DNA of 64,000 bases, taken from NCBI RefSeq assembly GCF_049337375.1, contig NZ_JBMPIV010000015.1. The stretch is one strand, 5' to 3'. Source of the stretch: Nannocystis pusilla (GTDB taxonomy: Bacteria > Myxococcota_A > Polyangia > Nannocystales > Nannocystaceae). The notes under the pieces are model-generated. The model saw only the letters and a program-made list of their open reading frames with translations, had not been told where the DNA came from and searched no databases. Positions within the stretch are counted from its first letter, which is position 1, and the number at the start of each line of letters is the position of its first letter. A program made the translations under genes and the position numbers. Shown here one piece after another: positions 50,403-60,088 of the stretch.

Positions 50403-50914
50403 GCGAGCACGAGTTCGACGACGAACCGATCACGACCAGCGTCGGCCTGACGCTGACGGTCGCGCCGATGGGCGACGCGCGCGGCAACCTGGCGACGACC
50501 GTCGGCGAGTCGCTGCTGGCGATGCTGACGGTCTTCTACCCGCAGGCGCTGTGCAAGAAGGCCAACGTGGTCATCACCGAGCTGGTCCAGAACGTGATCG
50601 ACAACGTCAGCGATCCGGGCAGCCAGATGCGCGTCGACCTGCGCATCGACGGCGACGCGCTGCAGGTCCAGGTCACCAACAAGGCGACCTTCGAGCAGTA
50701 CCAGGACGTGAAGGACCGCGTCGACCGGCTGACGACGGCGACCGACCCGAAGCGCCTGTTCGCCGACACGCTCCGCGCCCGCCGCATGCAGCGGCTGCGC
50801 GGGGGGCTCGGCCTCATCCGCCTGGTGTCCGAGAACCGCTTCCGCTTGTCCGCGACGTACTCGGGCGAGAACTTGACGATGCAGGCGGTGTTTCCTTTGC
50901 GAGGTGCGCAATGA
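50399..50914 (+). CDS. anti-sigma regulatory factor / RsbW-like Ser kinase (GHKL ATPase)
   Basis: ITELVQNVIDN (N-box). GGLGLIRLVS (G2-box). GTGA overlap with the phosphatase gene. Confidence 0.7.
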   Translation: MSEHEFDDEPITTSVGLTLTVAPMGDARGNLATTVGESLLAMLTVFYPQALCKKANVVITELVQNVIDNVSDPGSQMRVDLRIDGDALQVQVTNKATFEQYQDVKDRVDRLTTATDPKRLFADTLRARRMQRLRGGLGLIRLVSENRFRLSATYSGENLTMQAVFPLRGAQ

Positions 50915-51318
50915 ACGTCCTCACCTACGGCGAGATCATGGACGGCGGCGTCAGTGTGTTCCACTGCGTCGCCCGCGAGGACGAGGGGAACTTCTCCCTC
51001 ACGTTCTCGGGCGTGGTCCGGATCGACAACCCTTATCGCTATCTGTCGGCGCTGCTGCAGGACCTGCGCGAGATCTTGCCGAAGCGGGAGATCCAGCGCA
51101 GCGTGCTCGACTTCACCGAGCTCGAGTTCTGCAACTCCAACGGCTTCTACGTGATCATGGACATCGTCGAGCTGGTCTACCTGCTGCTGCCCGGGCCGGT
51201 GCTGGTCCGCCGCCTGCAGGAGGACGACTGGCAGCAGGAGACGCTGCCGATCCTGCTCAACCTCGACGAGGAAACCATCGCCGCCCGGACGACCTTCGAG
51301 GACGTGCGAGAGTTCTGA
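50911..51318 (+). CDS. STAS-domain anti-sigma-factor antagonist (RsbV-like)
   Basis: LDFTELEFCNSNGFYVIMDIVE matches the STAS phosphorylation loop (DLSGV.FIDSSG). ATGA overlap. Confidence 0.65.
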   Translation: MNVLTYGEIMDGGVSVFHCVAREDEGNFSLTFSGVVRIDNPYRYLSALLQDLREILPKREIQRSVLDFTELEFCNSNGFYVIMDIVELVYLLLPGPVLVRRLQEDDWQQETLPILLNLDEETIAARTTFEDVREF

Positions 51319-51319
51319 C

Positions 51320-52408
51320 ATGGTGGCGATCCTCGAGCTGGTGGAGTCGATCGCGCTGCGCGTCGATGCCGACGGCAAGGTGACCCCGGCGTCGCCGGCG
51401 GCGGCCCGCTGGCTGGCCGCCCGCCCCGGCGCGCCCAGCCTCGGCGCGCTGTTCGGCGCCGCGTCGCCGGCGTTCCTGCGCAGCCTGGCCGAGAGCAGCG
51501 GCAAGGCGGTGCCCGAGAATCCCTGGCCCGAAGGACCTGTCGCATGGGACCTGTCCTTGGAGCCCTCCGACGGGGTGCTGGCGGTGGGCGTCGCCATCCG
51601 CTCGCCGCGGGCGCTGGCGTCGCAGCTGGCGACCGCGACCCTGCTCGACAAGAGCCTGGCGCTGGCGGTGCTGCCGCGCGAGTCGGCGGCGCCGCTCGGC
51701 GAGCGGCTCCAGCCCAAGGCCTACCGCGAGTCGACGGTGATGTTCATCGACGCGGTCCAGTTCTCGCGCCTGGCCGCCCGCGTCGACCCGGTCACCTGCC
51801 TCAAGCAGCTCGACTTCTTCTTCTCGGCCTTCGACCAGATCACGTCGGCGTTCGGGGTCGAGAAGCTGCGCACCGCCGGCGACACGTACGTGGCGGTCTC
51901 GGGCATCCCCCACCGCCGCCTGTCGCACGCCGTCGACGCGACGTTCGCCGCGCTGCGCTGCGCCCAGGTGGTGGCGTCGGGGCTGACGCCGATCGTCGAC
52001 GAGTGGGACTGGAGCTTCCGCATCGGCCTCCACTCGGGCCCCTGCATCTCCGGCGTGCTCGGCTCGAAGAAGCCGGTCTACGACCTGTGGGGCGACACCG
52101 TCAGCGTCGCCAGCCACGTCGAGCGCGTCGGCCAGCCCGACTCGGTGTGCGTGTCCGGGGCGGTCCGTCAGCTCATCGAGCCGTTCTTCTCGCTCGAGTT
52201 CCTGCAGACGACGGTGACCCGCAGCGTCGGCGAGATCGAGGTGTTCGCGGTCCGCGGGCTGCTCCCCGAGCTGCAGGCCGACGACCAGGCGGTGGTCGCC
52301 AACGCCGAGTTCACGGCCCGCTACGAGGCGCGCTTCGGCTCGCCGTGCCCGACCGCCGCCCAGGAGGCCCTCGGGGTCGAGCTCGGCCAGGGCCTCGACG
52401 AGTTCTGA
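51320..52408 (+). CDS. class III adenylate/guanylate cyclase with N-terminal unknown sensor region
   Basis: VMFIDAVQFSRL, KLRTAGDTYVAVSG, GLHSGPCISGVLGSKKPVYDLWGDTVSVAS. Confidence 0.8.
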   Translation: MVAILELVESIALRVDADGKVTPASPAAARWLAARPGAPSLGALFGAASPAFLRSLAESSGKAVPENPWPEGPVAWDLSLEPSDGVLAVGVAIRSPRALASQLATATLLDKSLALAVLPRESAAPLGERLQPKAYRESTVMFIDAVQFSRLAARVDPVTCLKQLDFFFSAFDQITSAFGVEKLRTAGDTYVAVSGIPHRRLSHAVDATFAALRCAQVVASGLTPIVDEWDWSFRIGLHSGPCISGVLGSKKPVYDLWGDTVSVASHVERVGQPDSVCVSGAVRQLIEPFFSLEFLQTTVTRSVGEIEVFAVRGLLPELQADDQAVVANAEFTARYEARFGSPCPTAAQEALGVELGQGLDEF

Positions 52409-52417
52409 GCTGTTCGA

Positions 52418-52452
52418 GAGGGCATGTTCATCCGGACATGTCCTCTCGGTCC
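52418..52452. repeat. GGACATGTCC-family palindromic repeat array
   Basis: gggcatgttcatccggacatgtcctctcgg. Confidence 0.7.
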
Positions 52453-53030
52453 AGGTGGTAGTCCTTGAACAGGTAGGCGTAGAAGCCGACGACTTCGCGC
52501 AGCAGCGACCACGGCTCGCGCAGCTCGAGATCGAGGTCGGCGTGCGCGCCGGTGGCCTCGACGCCGAAGCGGCGCAGCGCCAGCTTGGTGCGGGTGACGT
52601 GGTAGTACTGGCTGACGGCGATGGCGGAGCGTTCGCCGCGGGCGCGCAGGTCGGCGGCGACGAAGCGGGCGGTGGCGTGGGTGTTGACGCCGCCGCGGTC
52701 GACGGCGATCCGCTCGACCGGGACGCCGCGGGCGACCAGGTAGTCGCGCATGACGTCGGCCTCGTGCGGGCTGCCGGGATCCTGGCCGCCGCTGACGATG
52801 AGGCGCGGGGCGAGGCCGGCGGCGTACAGGGCAGCGGCGCGGTCGAGCCGCAGCTGGAGGCGGCGCGAGGGCTCACCGGCGGGGCTGACGTGATTGCCGA
52901 GGACGACCGCGACGTCGGCGGGGCGGTCCTCGTCGGTGCAGCCGTCGACGGCGATGACGAGCAGGTGGACGAGGCCCCAGACGCACAGGAGGGCGAGCAG
53001 GCGGAGGATGTACTTTCGCACCTGGCGCAT
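52428..53030 (-). CDS. DUF218/YdcF (SanA/ElyC) family protein
   Basis: VAVVLGNHVSPAGEPS...IVSGG pattern with an N-terminal TM. Confidence 0.65.
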   Translation of the reverse strand: MRQVRKYILRLLALLCVWGLVHLLVIAVDGCTDEDRPADVAVVLGNHVSPAGEPSRRLQLRLDRAAALYAAGLAPRLIVSGGQDPGSPHEADVMRDYLVARGVPVERIAVDRGGVNTHATARFVAADLRARGERSAIAVSQYYHVTRTKLALRRFGVEATGAHADLDLELREPWSLLREVVGFYAYLFKDYHLDREDMSG

Positions 53031-53041
53031 GGGACCTGTCC

Positions 53042-54067
53042 TCAAGGACCTGTGATTTCGCCGGCCGGCGGGCGCACGGGCAGGCAGTCGAGCCGGGCGG
53101 TCTCGGGGTCGTAGCGGAAGGTTTCGTGGCGGGCCAGGAGGCGGCGCGCGTAGGCGTGCAGGCGCTCGGGTCGCATCGATCGCCACGCGACGCCGGCGGC
53201 GCCGGTGGTGTCGAACAGGCGCACGCGGCCGAGGCGATCGCGGGCGGGGTCGACGATCATCATGTGATGGTACATGCGCTCGCCGCCGCGGGCGCGGGCC
53301 CGGTGCGAGACGCTGCAGAGGTGGAGCGCGTCGGGGACGAGGGCGGCGATCAGGGCGTCGGGGTCGAGCTCGGCGAGGCGCAGGTCGAGCAGCTCGAGGC
53401 CGCGCGGGAGGGCGTCGGCGGGCAGGCGGGCCGCTATCTGCAGGAGGGCGGCGCGGCCGGCGTGGGCGCCGTCCTGGCACGACTCGAAGCCGCCGGGCGG
53501 GTCGCAGGGCACGAGGTCGGCGAGCTCGAGCCGCGGCAACCACAGCAGGCGGACGCCCTCGAGGAAGCCGCCCAGGCAGCCGAGGTCGTATGTCCCCGGG
53601 GACAGCTGCACGGGGCGGCCGGCGTCGGTGCGGCAGAAGCCGGCGGGTTCGTCGAGGCGGATGTGGCCGAGGCGCTCCCAGGCGTCGATCTCGGCCCAGC
53701 GATCGGGTTCGAAGGCGAGCTCGAGGCCGCGGAAGATCGCGGCAGGTTCGCGCGCGCGCAGGCCCGCGGCGAGCACCTGCGGGACGCGGGGGTAGTGCGC
53801 GAGCGAGGGCCAGCGCGCCAGGAGGTCGAGGTCGCGGGCGCCGACCGGCTCGCGGTGGACGGTCGGGCGAGGCGCCGGCGAGGTCCCGCGCGTGAGGTCG
53901 AGGTCGGGGCGGCCGTGCGGATCGAGGTGACCGATCGGGCGCGGGGCGGCGGGCGAGGTCGGGGCGGTCGCGTCCTCTTCGGGCGCAGCAGCGGGCGCCG
54001 GCTCCCCGCAGGCGAGCGCGGCCACCAGGCCAGCCGTGAGCACCCGAGGGTCGCGCACGGGAGGCAT
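53042..54067 (-). CDS. lipoprotein, hypothetical
   Basis: LAC lipobox. Confidence 0.45.
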   Translation of the reverse strand: MPPVRDPRVLTAGLVAALACGEPAPAAAPEEDATAPTSPAAPRPIGHLDPHGRPDLDLTRGTSPAPRPTVHREPVGARDLDLLARWPSLAHYPRVPQVLAAGLRAREPAAIFRGLELAFEPDRWAEIDAWERLGHIRLDEPAGFCRTDAGRPVQLSPGTYDLGCLGGFLEGVRLLWLPRLELADLVPCDPPGGFESCQDGAHAGRAALLQIAARLPADALPRGLELLDLRLAELDPDALIAALVPDALHLCSVSHRARARGGERMYHHMMIVDPARDRLGRVRLFDTTGAAGVAWRSMRPERLHAYARRLLARHETFRYDPETARLDCLPVRPPAGEITGP

Positions 54068-54249
54068 CTAACCGCAGCGAGCGGCCTTCGTCGAGGTGCC
54101 GGCGGGACGGGTGGCCAGGAGCGTTGGCTTGCTTGGAGCCGCGCGAGCAAGTGAGCCCCGCCGCCGAGGCCGAAGCGACGCAGGCGGTCGAACGCGCGGA
54201 CCGAGGAGCTGCCTGCGGCGGCGACCCGAAGTCGCGTCACGGAAGTCCG

Positions 54250-54480
54250 ACGAGCGCCGCGCCGGCGCTCGCTGGGCGGGGGCCATGAGCTGTCGCCCTC
54301 ACTGCCCTCGAGGACATGTTTAAGAGGACATGCTCGGTGGAGCATGCCCTCTTAGAAATGTCGGAAACCGCGCCGGCGCTCGCTGGGCGGGGGCTATGAG
54401 CTGTCGCTCTCACTGCCCTCGAGGACATGTTTAAGAGGACATGCTCGATGGTGCATGTCCTTTAAAAAATGTTTGAACGG
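54250..54480. repeat. ~110-bp tandem direct duplication (2 copies, ~93% identical), each carrying GGACATG-type palindrome units
   Basis: ccgcgccggcgctcgctgggcgggggc[c/t]atgagctgtcgc[c/t]ctcactgccctcgaggacatgtttaagaggacatgctcg[g/a]tgg[a/t]gcatg[c/t]cc... Confidence 0.85.
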
Positions 54481-54501
54481 ACAGGGCCGGAGGGCCAGGT
54501 G

Positions 54502-56586
54502 TCAATGCGAGGCGGCGATCACGGTGAGCGTGCGGCGCATGACCAGAGTGGTCCAGGTGTCGGTCAGCGGCAGGGCAGGGATCGTGACGCTGCCGTCGGG
54601 GCCAGCGACCACCTCGCCGTGGTCCTGGCCGAACGACCAGGCGACGCGCTCGCCGGGGCGGCAGCGGAAGGCCTGGGTGCGGCGCGGGGTCACGTCGACG
54701 AACGCGGGCAGCTCGGCCATCACCCGGTCGCCCTCGCTCGGGTAGCCGGGCGCGGGCGGGTCGGCGCCGTCGCCGGCGTGGACGCGCAGGGCGAATTGCA
54801 GGCGATCGACGGTGTCGACCACCGAGGCGCCGTCCCAGCGGAGGAACCGGCCGAGCGCGCCGGCGATGGCGCCGTCCCAGCCGGTGTCGCCGGCGATGGC
54901 GACCTCGCCGGCGAAGCCCGCGTTGGCGCTCCAGTCCTGCTTGCCGTTGCCGACGCCGACGCCGGGGTCGTCGTCGAGCGAGGAGTACGAGAAGGCGGGG
55001 AACGCCCGGTCGCGGCGCAGCGTGGCCTCGTCGCCGCTGATCGGCGCCCACGAGCCGGTCCACCAGCTGTCCCCGAGGACAGGATCGGCGACGCCGTGGC
55101 CGCCCTCGTCCCAGATGGCGAAGTGGCCGACGCCGCGGCTCTGCAGCGCCTGATAAAAGCTCTCGCCGGTGCGCGGGCTCGGCAGGACGGTGGCCCCGAA
55201 GTGGATGGTCGGGTCGTCCTTGCCGTGCTTGAGGAACAGGAACTGGTCGCGGGCCTCGCTCGACTCGGCGAGGGCGCGCGTCAGGTCCATGTGATCCCAC
55301 GCCGACAGGCCGCCGCCGCCGTCGAGGTCGAGCTCCGGCGCGCCCCACCAGCCGGACAGCTGGGTGATCCGCGACGGCCGGTGGTTGCGCGCGATCGCCT
55401 GACCGAGGCGCGCGTCGATGTACGCGAAGTGACGCCCGCGCAGGAGGCCGAGCAGCATCGCCCCGGCGCCGCCCATCGAGCTGCCGTAGACGTAGACGCG
55501 CTGCGGGTCGGCCTCGGGGTGGTGGCGCAGGACGTACTCGACGAGGTGGAGCACGCGGCGCATGGTGTAGTCGGGCGCGGCGCCGCCGGCCGCGGGCTCG
55601 ACGTCGGGCAGCGAATCCGCGTAGCCCCACCAGTAGGTGTTGTCCGGGTCATGCGGCGAGATCCGGATCTCGTTGGCCGAGCCGGTGCCGCCGGGGTTGG
55701 CGGTGGCGAAGCCGTGCAGGCCGATCCGCACCGGCACGCCCTCGGACGGGGCCTCGAGCGGGACCATGACCTTGGCGACGAACTCGCGGCCGGCGTAGCC
55801 CGGGCTGTCGAGGTACTCATCTGTCTTTTGGGACAGGGTGTAACGGACATATCCGCTGGCGTCGAGGAACTCGGTGTCGACGACCTCGGGCCACGGCGGC
55901 TGGATGGTGTCGCGGACGACGACGTCGAAGGTGGCCTCGACGCGCGACTCGTGGTCGTGGGCGAGCACGGTGACGGTCCAGCGATCGCCGCCCTGGGTGA
56001 AGTCGGGGGTGAAGCGGAAGGTGCGGGTCGGCTCGTCCCAGGTGGCGCCCGGCGGCAGGCCGAGCACGTGGACGCGCAGGGCCGCGGGCTCGGCGACGTC
56101 GACGACGTCGACGACGAGGCCGACCTCGGTGTCCTCGTCGACCCCGACCTCGGCGGGGACGAGGATCCGCGGGGCCGAGCGCTCGACGGCGAGGGTCAGC
56201 GGGCGCGACTCCTCGTCGTCGCGGCGGACCAGCACCTCGTAGTCGCCGCGCTTGCGCGGGCCGCTGTGGGCGTGCAGCTCGCCGCCCGAGACGAAGGTGG
56301 TCGGCAGCTCCTGGCCGGCGACGACGACGACGCTGGAGCGCGTGAAGCCGGCGCCGGTGACGTGGAGGTCGAAGGCGACGCCGCCGGGCGCCGGGTCGGG
56401 CGAGAGCGCGTCGAGCTCGAGCGGCGCGAGCTGGGGGCCGCCCAGCGGGCCCTCGCTGACGGGCGGGCGCGTCGGCGGCGTCTGCTCGTCAGGGATGGCG
56501 CCCGAGAAGCCGCTGTAACAGCCGGCGAGGGCGAGCCACGTGACCGTGAGGCACGCGCGCGAGACCAGGCCAGAGCAGGACAACAT
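54502..56586 (-). CDS. secreted lipoprotein esterase (alpha/beta hydrolase, PHB-depolymerase-like) with N-terminal Ig-like domains
   Basis: Lipobox LALAGC. VYVYGSSMGGAGAM (GxSxG motif). Confidence 0.65.
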   Translation of the reverse strand: MLSCSGLVSRACLTVTWLALAGCYSGFSGAIPDEQTPPTRPPVSEGPLGGPQLAPLELDALSPDPAPGGVAFDLHVTGAGFTRSSVVVVAGQELPTTFVSGGELHAHSGPRKRGDYEVLVRRDDEESRPLTLAVERSAPRILVPAEVGVDEDTEVGLVVDVVDVAEPAALRVHVLGLPPGATWDEPTRTFRFTPDFTQGGDRWTVTVLAHDHESRVEATFDVVVRDTIQPPWPEVVDTEFLDASGYVRYTLSQKTDEYLDSPGYAGREFVAKVMVPLEAPSEGVPVRIGLHGFATANPGGTGSANEIRISPHDPDNTYWWGYADSLPDVEPAAGGAAPDYTMRRVLHLVEYVLRHHPEADPQRVYVYGSSMGGAGAMLLGLLRGRHFAYIDARLGQAIARNHRPSRITQLSGWWGAPELDLDGGGGLSAWDHMDLTRALAESSEARDQFLFLKHGKDDPTIHFGATVLPSPRTGESFYQALQSRGVGHFAIWDEGGHGVADPVLGDSWWTGSWAPISGDEATLRRDRAFPAFSYSSLDDDPGVGVGNGKQDWSANAGFAGEVAIAGDTGWDGAIAGALGRFLRWDGASVVDTVDRLQFALRVHAGDGADPPAPGYPSEGDRVMAELPAFVDVTPRRTQAFRCRPGERVAWSFGQDHGEVVAGPDGSVTIPALPLTDTWTTLVMRRTLTVIAASH

Positions 56587-56820
56587 GCGCTGATCTTTCC
56601 CACGACGTGCGTCGATGCGCCAGCGCCGACCGACGAAATTTCTGTGACGTGGTCGCAAGACCGGCGAGCGGACGGCCCGCGATCCGGCGCACAAGGTAGG
56701 TCCGCGGCGCGAACTTCCTGGGGCGAGGCGTCGCCGCGGTCACGTCTCCGGCGCCCTGCTCGTTCCCCTGGGCTTTTAGCCGGATGTCGGTTGCAACATG
56801 GCGGAAAGGACATGCGAAGG

Positions 56821-59800
56821 TCAGGCCGGGTGACGCTCGAGCCAGGCGTCGACCTCGGCCTGGTAGTGCTTCGCCCCTGCCTTTCGGAACAGGGTCTGCG
56901 CCGAGACAGCGAGGGAGCGTGCCTGTGCGCGATCTCCGCGAGAGCTCCAGAGGACCTGTGCGAGCTGGAATTCGGCCTGGGCGCGCTGGATGGGGGCGTT
57001 GCGCGGGTCGAGCAAGGAAATGCTGCGCTCGAGATCGCGGCGGGCGTCGTCGAGGCGACCTTGCGACTGCCGCACCCTGGCGCGAGGGGTCAGGACCTCG
57101 GACATCCACAGCGAGTCGCCGCCGTAGTTGCGCTCGATCGCCGCGACGGCGGCGTCGGCCTCGCGCTCGGCCGCCGACAGGTCGCCGAGGCCCGCGAGCG
57201 CGACCCCCCGGATCGCCCGACTGACGGCGGTATAGAGGTTGTCCTCGCCGAGCACCGAGGCGGACAGGGGCAGGGCCTTGTCGGTGTGGTCGCGGGCGGC
57301 GGCGTAGTTGTCGCGGGCGAGCTCGATCTGCGCCAGGGCGAGGTGGGCCAGGACGATGCCCTGGGGGTCGGGGCTCTGCGCGGCGCTCCAGATGGCGAGC
57401 GCGCGGGTGGCGTGTTGCTCGGCCAGCCCGAGCTCGCCGCGCACCTGCTGGACCGAGGCGAGGCGCTCGAGCATGGCGGCGACGCGGGTGCTCAGCGGGC
57501 CGAAGTTGTGCTCCCAGATCGCCCGCGCCTCCTCGTAGGCGTCGAGGGCCGCGCCGAAGTCGCCGCGCTGGGCGGCGATGTCGGCCAGCGCCGACAGCGG
57601 GTAGGCGAGCCGCTCGTGGCGCGGGGGCAGGGCGGCGCGCAGGATCGTCAGGGCGGCGCGCTGGTGCTGCTCGGCGGTGTCGAAGTCGCCGCGCAGGGTG
57701 GCGACGTTGCCGAGGTCGGCCAGCGAGAAGGCGTTGCTCGGGTGACCCTCGCCGTAAATGTCGCGGCGCAGGGCCAGGAGGTCCTCGAAGATGATCTGCG
57801 CCGGCTCGAGCTGACCGAGGCTGAGGTGGACGTTGGCGAGGTTCTGGCGCGTGGTGACGGCGGCGATCGAGCGCTCGGGCAGGTCGGCCAGCGAGCGGCG
57901 GTAGTGGTCGATGGCGGTGGCGTACTCGCGGCGGGCCTCGGCGATCTGGCCGCGACGGAACTCGAGGTCGCCGCCGAGGCGAGGCGGGCGACCGAGGCGC
58001 TCATGGAGGGCCTCGGCGTGGCGCAGCCACGGCTGGGCGTCGTCGGGGTGGCCGAGCGTCTGCGCCAGGCGGCCGGCGAAGCCGCTGGCTGTCTCGAAGG
58101 CCAGGCGGTCGTGGCCGGCGGCGAGCGCCTCCCAGTAGGCGTCGCCGTAGACGCGGACGCCGTCGTCGTACTTGCTGGCGACGAACAGCTGCTCGGCGAG
58201 CTGCGCCAGCACCTCGGCGCGCAGCGGGCGGTAGCCGAGGTCGCGCGAGCGCTGCTCGGCGGCCTCGAGCAGGTTGAGGCCGGCGCCGGGGTGGCCGGCC
58301 GCTGCCTCGGCGCTGGCGCGCGAGAGCTGGCCGCGCAGCTCCTGGACGGCCTCGGCGAGGGCGGGCGCGGGCGGGGCGACGTCGGCGCGGAGGGCGTCGA
58401 GGTCGGCGCAGCGGGCCGGGGACGGCAAGGCCTCGACGGCGTCGTGGGCGTGCGCGACGGCGTCGGCGTCGGCCCCGGCGAGCACGCCGAGCAGGGCGTC
58501 GAGCTCGTGGCGGCGATCCTCGAGGCAGTGCATGCGCCTGTCCAAAAGGTCATGTGATTGCTCGCCGCGGATGTTGGCCGCGGCGCACGCGTCGGTGTGG
58601 CCGGCGATCCACGCCTCGGCCCAGGCGTCGACGCGCGCGCCGGCGCGAGCGGCCGCGTCGGGGGCGTAGGGCAGGCCGGTGGCCGCGAAGGCGGCGTCGA
58701 GGGCGGCGCGGCGCTCGGGGTTCCACGTCGGCGCGAGCGCCTCGGCGGCCCCGGTGCACAGCGCGGGCGCTTCGCCAGCGAGGGCGAAGGCGACGGCGCC
58801 GGCGACGAGCAGCGCGCCGCCGCCGGCGAGGGCCCAACGCCTGCGGTCGCGCCGCAGCGGCCGCTCGAGCGCGTCGAGCAGCGCCTGCATCGACGGCCAC
58901 CTGTCCCCGGGTTCAGCCGAGAGGCCGCGCAGGATGGCGCGGTGGATCGCCGGCGGGACCTTGGCGGGGCGCCGCGGCGGATCGACGCGACCGCGGGCCT
59001 TGGCCGCCTCGAGCGCGAACAGGTTGTCGCCGCTGAACGGACGGTTGCCGTACAGGCCCTCGTAGAGGGCGACGCAGAAGCTGAACTGATCGGCGCGCTC
59101 GTCGATCGCGGCGCCGCCCCGCTGCTCCGGGGCCATGTAGGCCGGCGTGCCGACGAGGGTGCCCACGCGGGTGAGCGGGCCGGACACGAGCGAGGAGGAC
59201 AGCGGATCGATCGGGGCGTGGGGGTCGGGCGAGCCGGCGGCGCTCGTCGGCTCGACCTCGCCGGCGGGGCGCGCCAGGCCGAAGTCGAACACGCAGATCC
59301 GACCTGTCTCTCCGACCAGGACGTTGCCGGGCTTGAAGTCGCGGTGGATGATGCCGACGGCGTGCGCGGCGACCAGGCCGCGGCCGGCGGCGAGGAACAC
59401 GTCGAGGACCTCGCGCACGCCGCGGACGCGGTCGTCGAGCCACTGGGCGAGGGTGATGCCGGGGACGTACTCCATCACCAGGAACACGCCGGCGGCCTGC
59501 GGCATCCTGTCCTTCGGGACAGGCTCCGTCCGGTGCGGACCGATCCGCATGGTGGTGAGGGCGTCGGCGTCGTAGCTGCCGACGTCGTGGACCGCGACGA
59601 CGTTGCCGTGCGACAGCCGGGCCAGCGCCTGGGCCTCGCGCAGCAGGCGAGCGTGGGCGGCCTGGGCGGGGCCGTCGCCGGGGGCCACGCGCAGCAGCTT
59701 GATCGCGACCTTGCGATCGAGGCTGGGATCGTAGGCGAGGTAGACGACACCCATGCCGCCGGCGCCGAGGCGACGCATGAGGACGTAACGGGTGAGCTGG

Positions 59801-60000
59801 AGCGCGCGCTCGCGCTGCGAGAGCGACGAGCGGTCGAGGTCCGGGGGCGGGCTCGCGGGGGGCCGCGCGCGGGGCGACAGATCTCCGGCCAGAGTCTCGT
59901 CGGTGGCGAAGTCCGGCCGCGGAGGAGGGTCGCCGACAAGCGTGGGATCGGGGTCCGGCCCGGAGGACCGCGGGGTGGGATCACCGCCGGCGCGCGACAT
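56821..60000 (-). CDS. Ser/Thr protein kinase with long C-terminal TPR-repeat region
   Basis: GAGGMGVVY...VAIK. HRDFKPGN. DFGLA. ~15 TPR-like repeats. Confidence 0.85.
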   Translation of the reverse strand: MSRAGGDPTPRSSGPDPDPTLVGDPPPRPDFATDETLAGDLSPRARPPASPPPDLDRSSLSQRERALQLTRYVLMRRLGAGGMGVVYLAYDPSLDRKVAIKLLRVAPGDGPAQAAHARLLREAQALARLSHGNVVAVHDVGSYDADALTTMRIGPHRTEPVPKDRMPQAAGVFLVMEYVPGITLAQWLDDRVRGVREVLDVFLAAGRGLVAAHAVGIIHRDFKPGNVLVGETGRICVFDFGLARPAGEVEPTSAAGSPDPHAPIDPLSSSLVSGPLTRVGTLVGTPAYMAPEQRGGAAIDERADQFSFCVALYEGLYGNRPFSGDNLFALEAAKARGRVDPPRRPAKVPPAIHRAILRGLSAEPGDRWPSMQALLDALERPLRRDRRRWALAGGGALLVAGAVAFALAGEAPALCTGAAEALAPTWNPERRAALDAAFAATGLPYAPDAAARAGARVDAWAEAWIAGHTDACAAANIRGEQSHDLLDRRMHCLEDRRHELDALLGVLAGADADAVAHAHDAVEALPSPARCADLDALRADVAPPAPALAEAVQELRGQLSRASAEAAAGHPGAGLNLLEAAEQRSRDLGYRPLRAEVLAQLAEQLFVASKYDDGVRVYGDAYWEALAAGHDRLAFETASGFAGRLAQTLGHPDDAQPWLRHAEALHERLGRPPRLGGDLEFRRGQIAEARREYATAIDHYRRSLADLPERSIAAVTTRQNLANVHLSLGQLEPAQIIFEDLLALRRDIYGEGHPSNAFSLADLGNVATLRGDFDTAEQHQRAALTILRAALPPRHERLAYPLSALADIAAQRGDFGAALDAYEEARAIWEHNFGPLSTRVAAMLERLASVQQVRGELGLAEQHATRALAIWSAAQSPDPQGIVLAHLALAQIELARDNYAAARDHTDKALPLSASVLGEDNLYTAVSRAIRGVALAGLGDLSAAEREADAAVAAIERNYGGDSLWMSEVLTPRARVRQSQGRLDDARRDLERSISLLDPRNAPIQRAQAEFQLAQVLWSSRGDRAQARSLAVSAQTLFRKAGAKHYQAEVDAWLERHPA

Positions 60001-60088
60001 CTGCGGGTCCAGGCTAACCCGACGGTGCAGCGCTGTCGTGTCGGGCTTGAGGCGCAATGCCGCGCGCCTGTATCATCCCGCCGATCGC

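Noticed and set aside
54250-54480. Possible CRISPR array in the repeat-rich regions (6180-6600, 19640-19880, 54250-54480).
   Set aside because: The repeats are tandem or degenerate without regularly sized unique spacers, and no cas genes are nearby.
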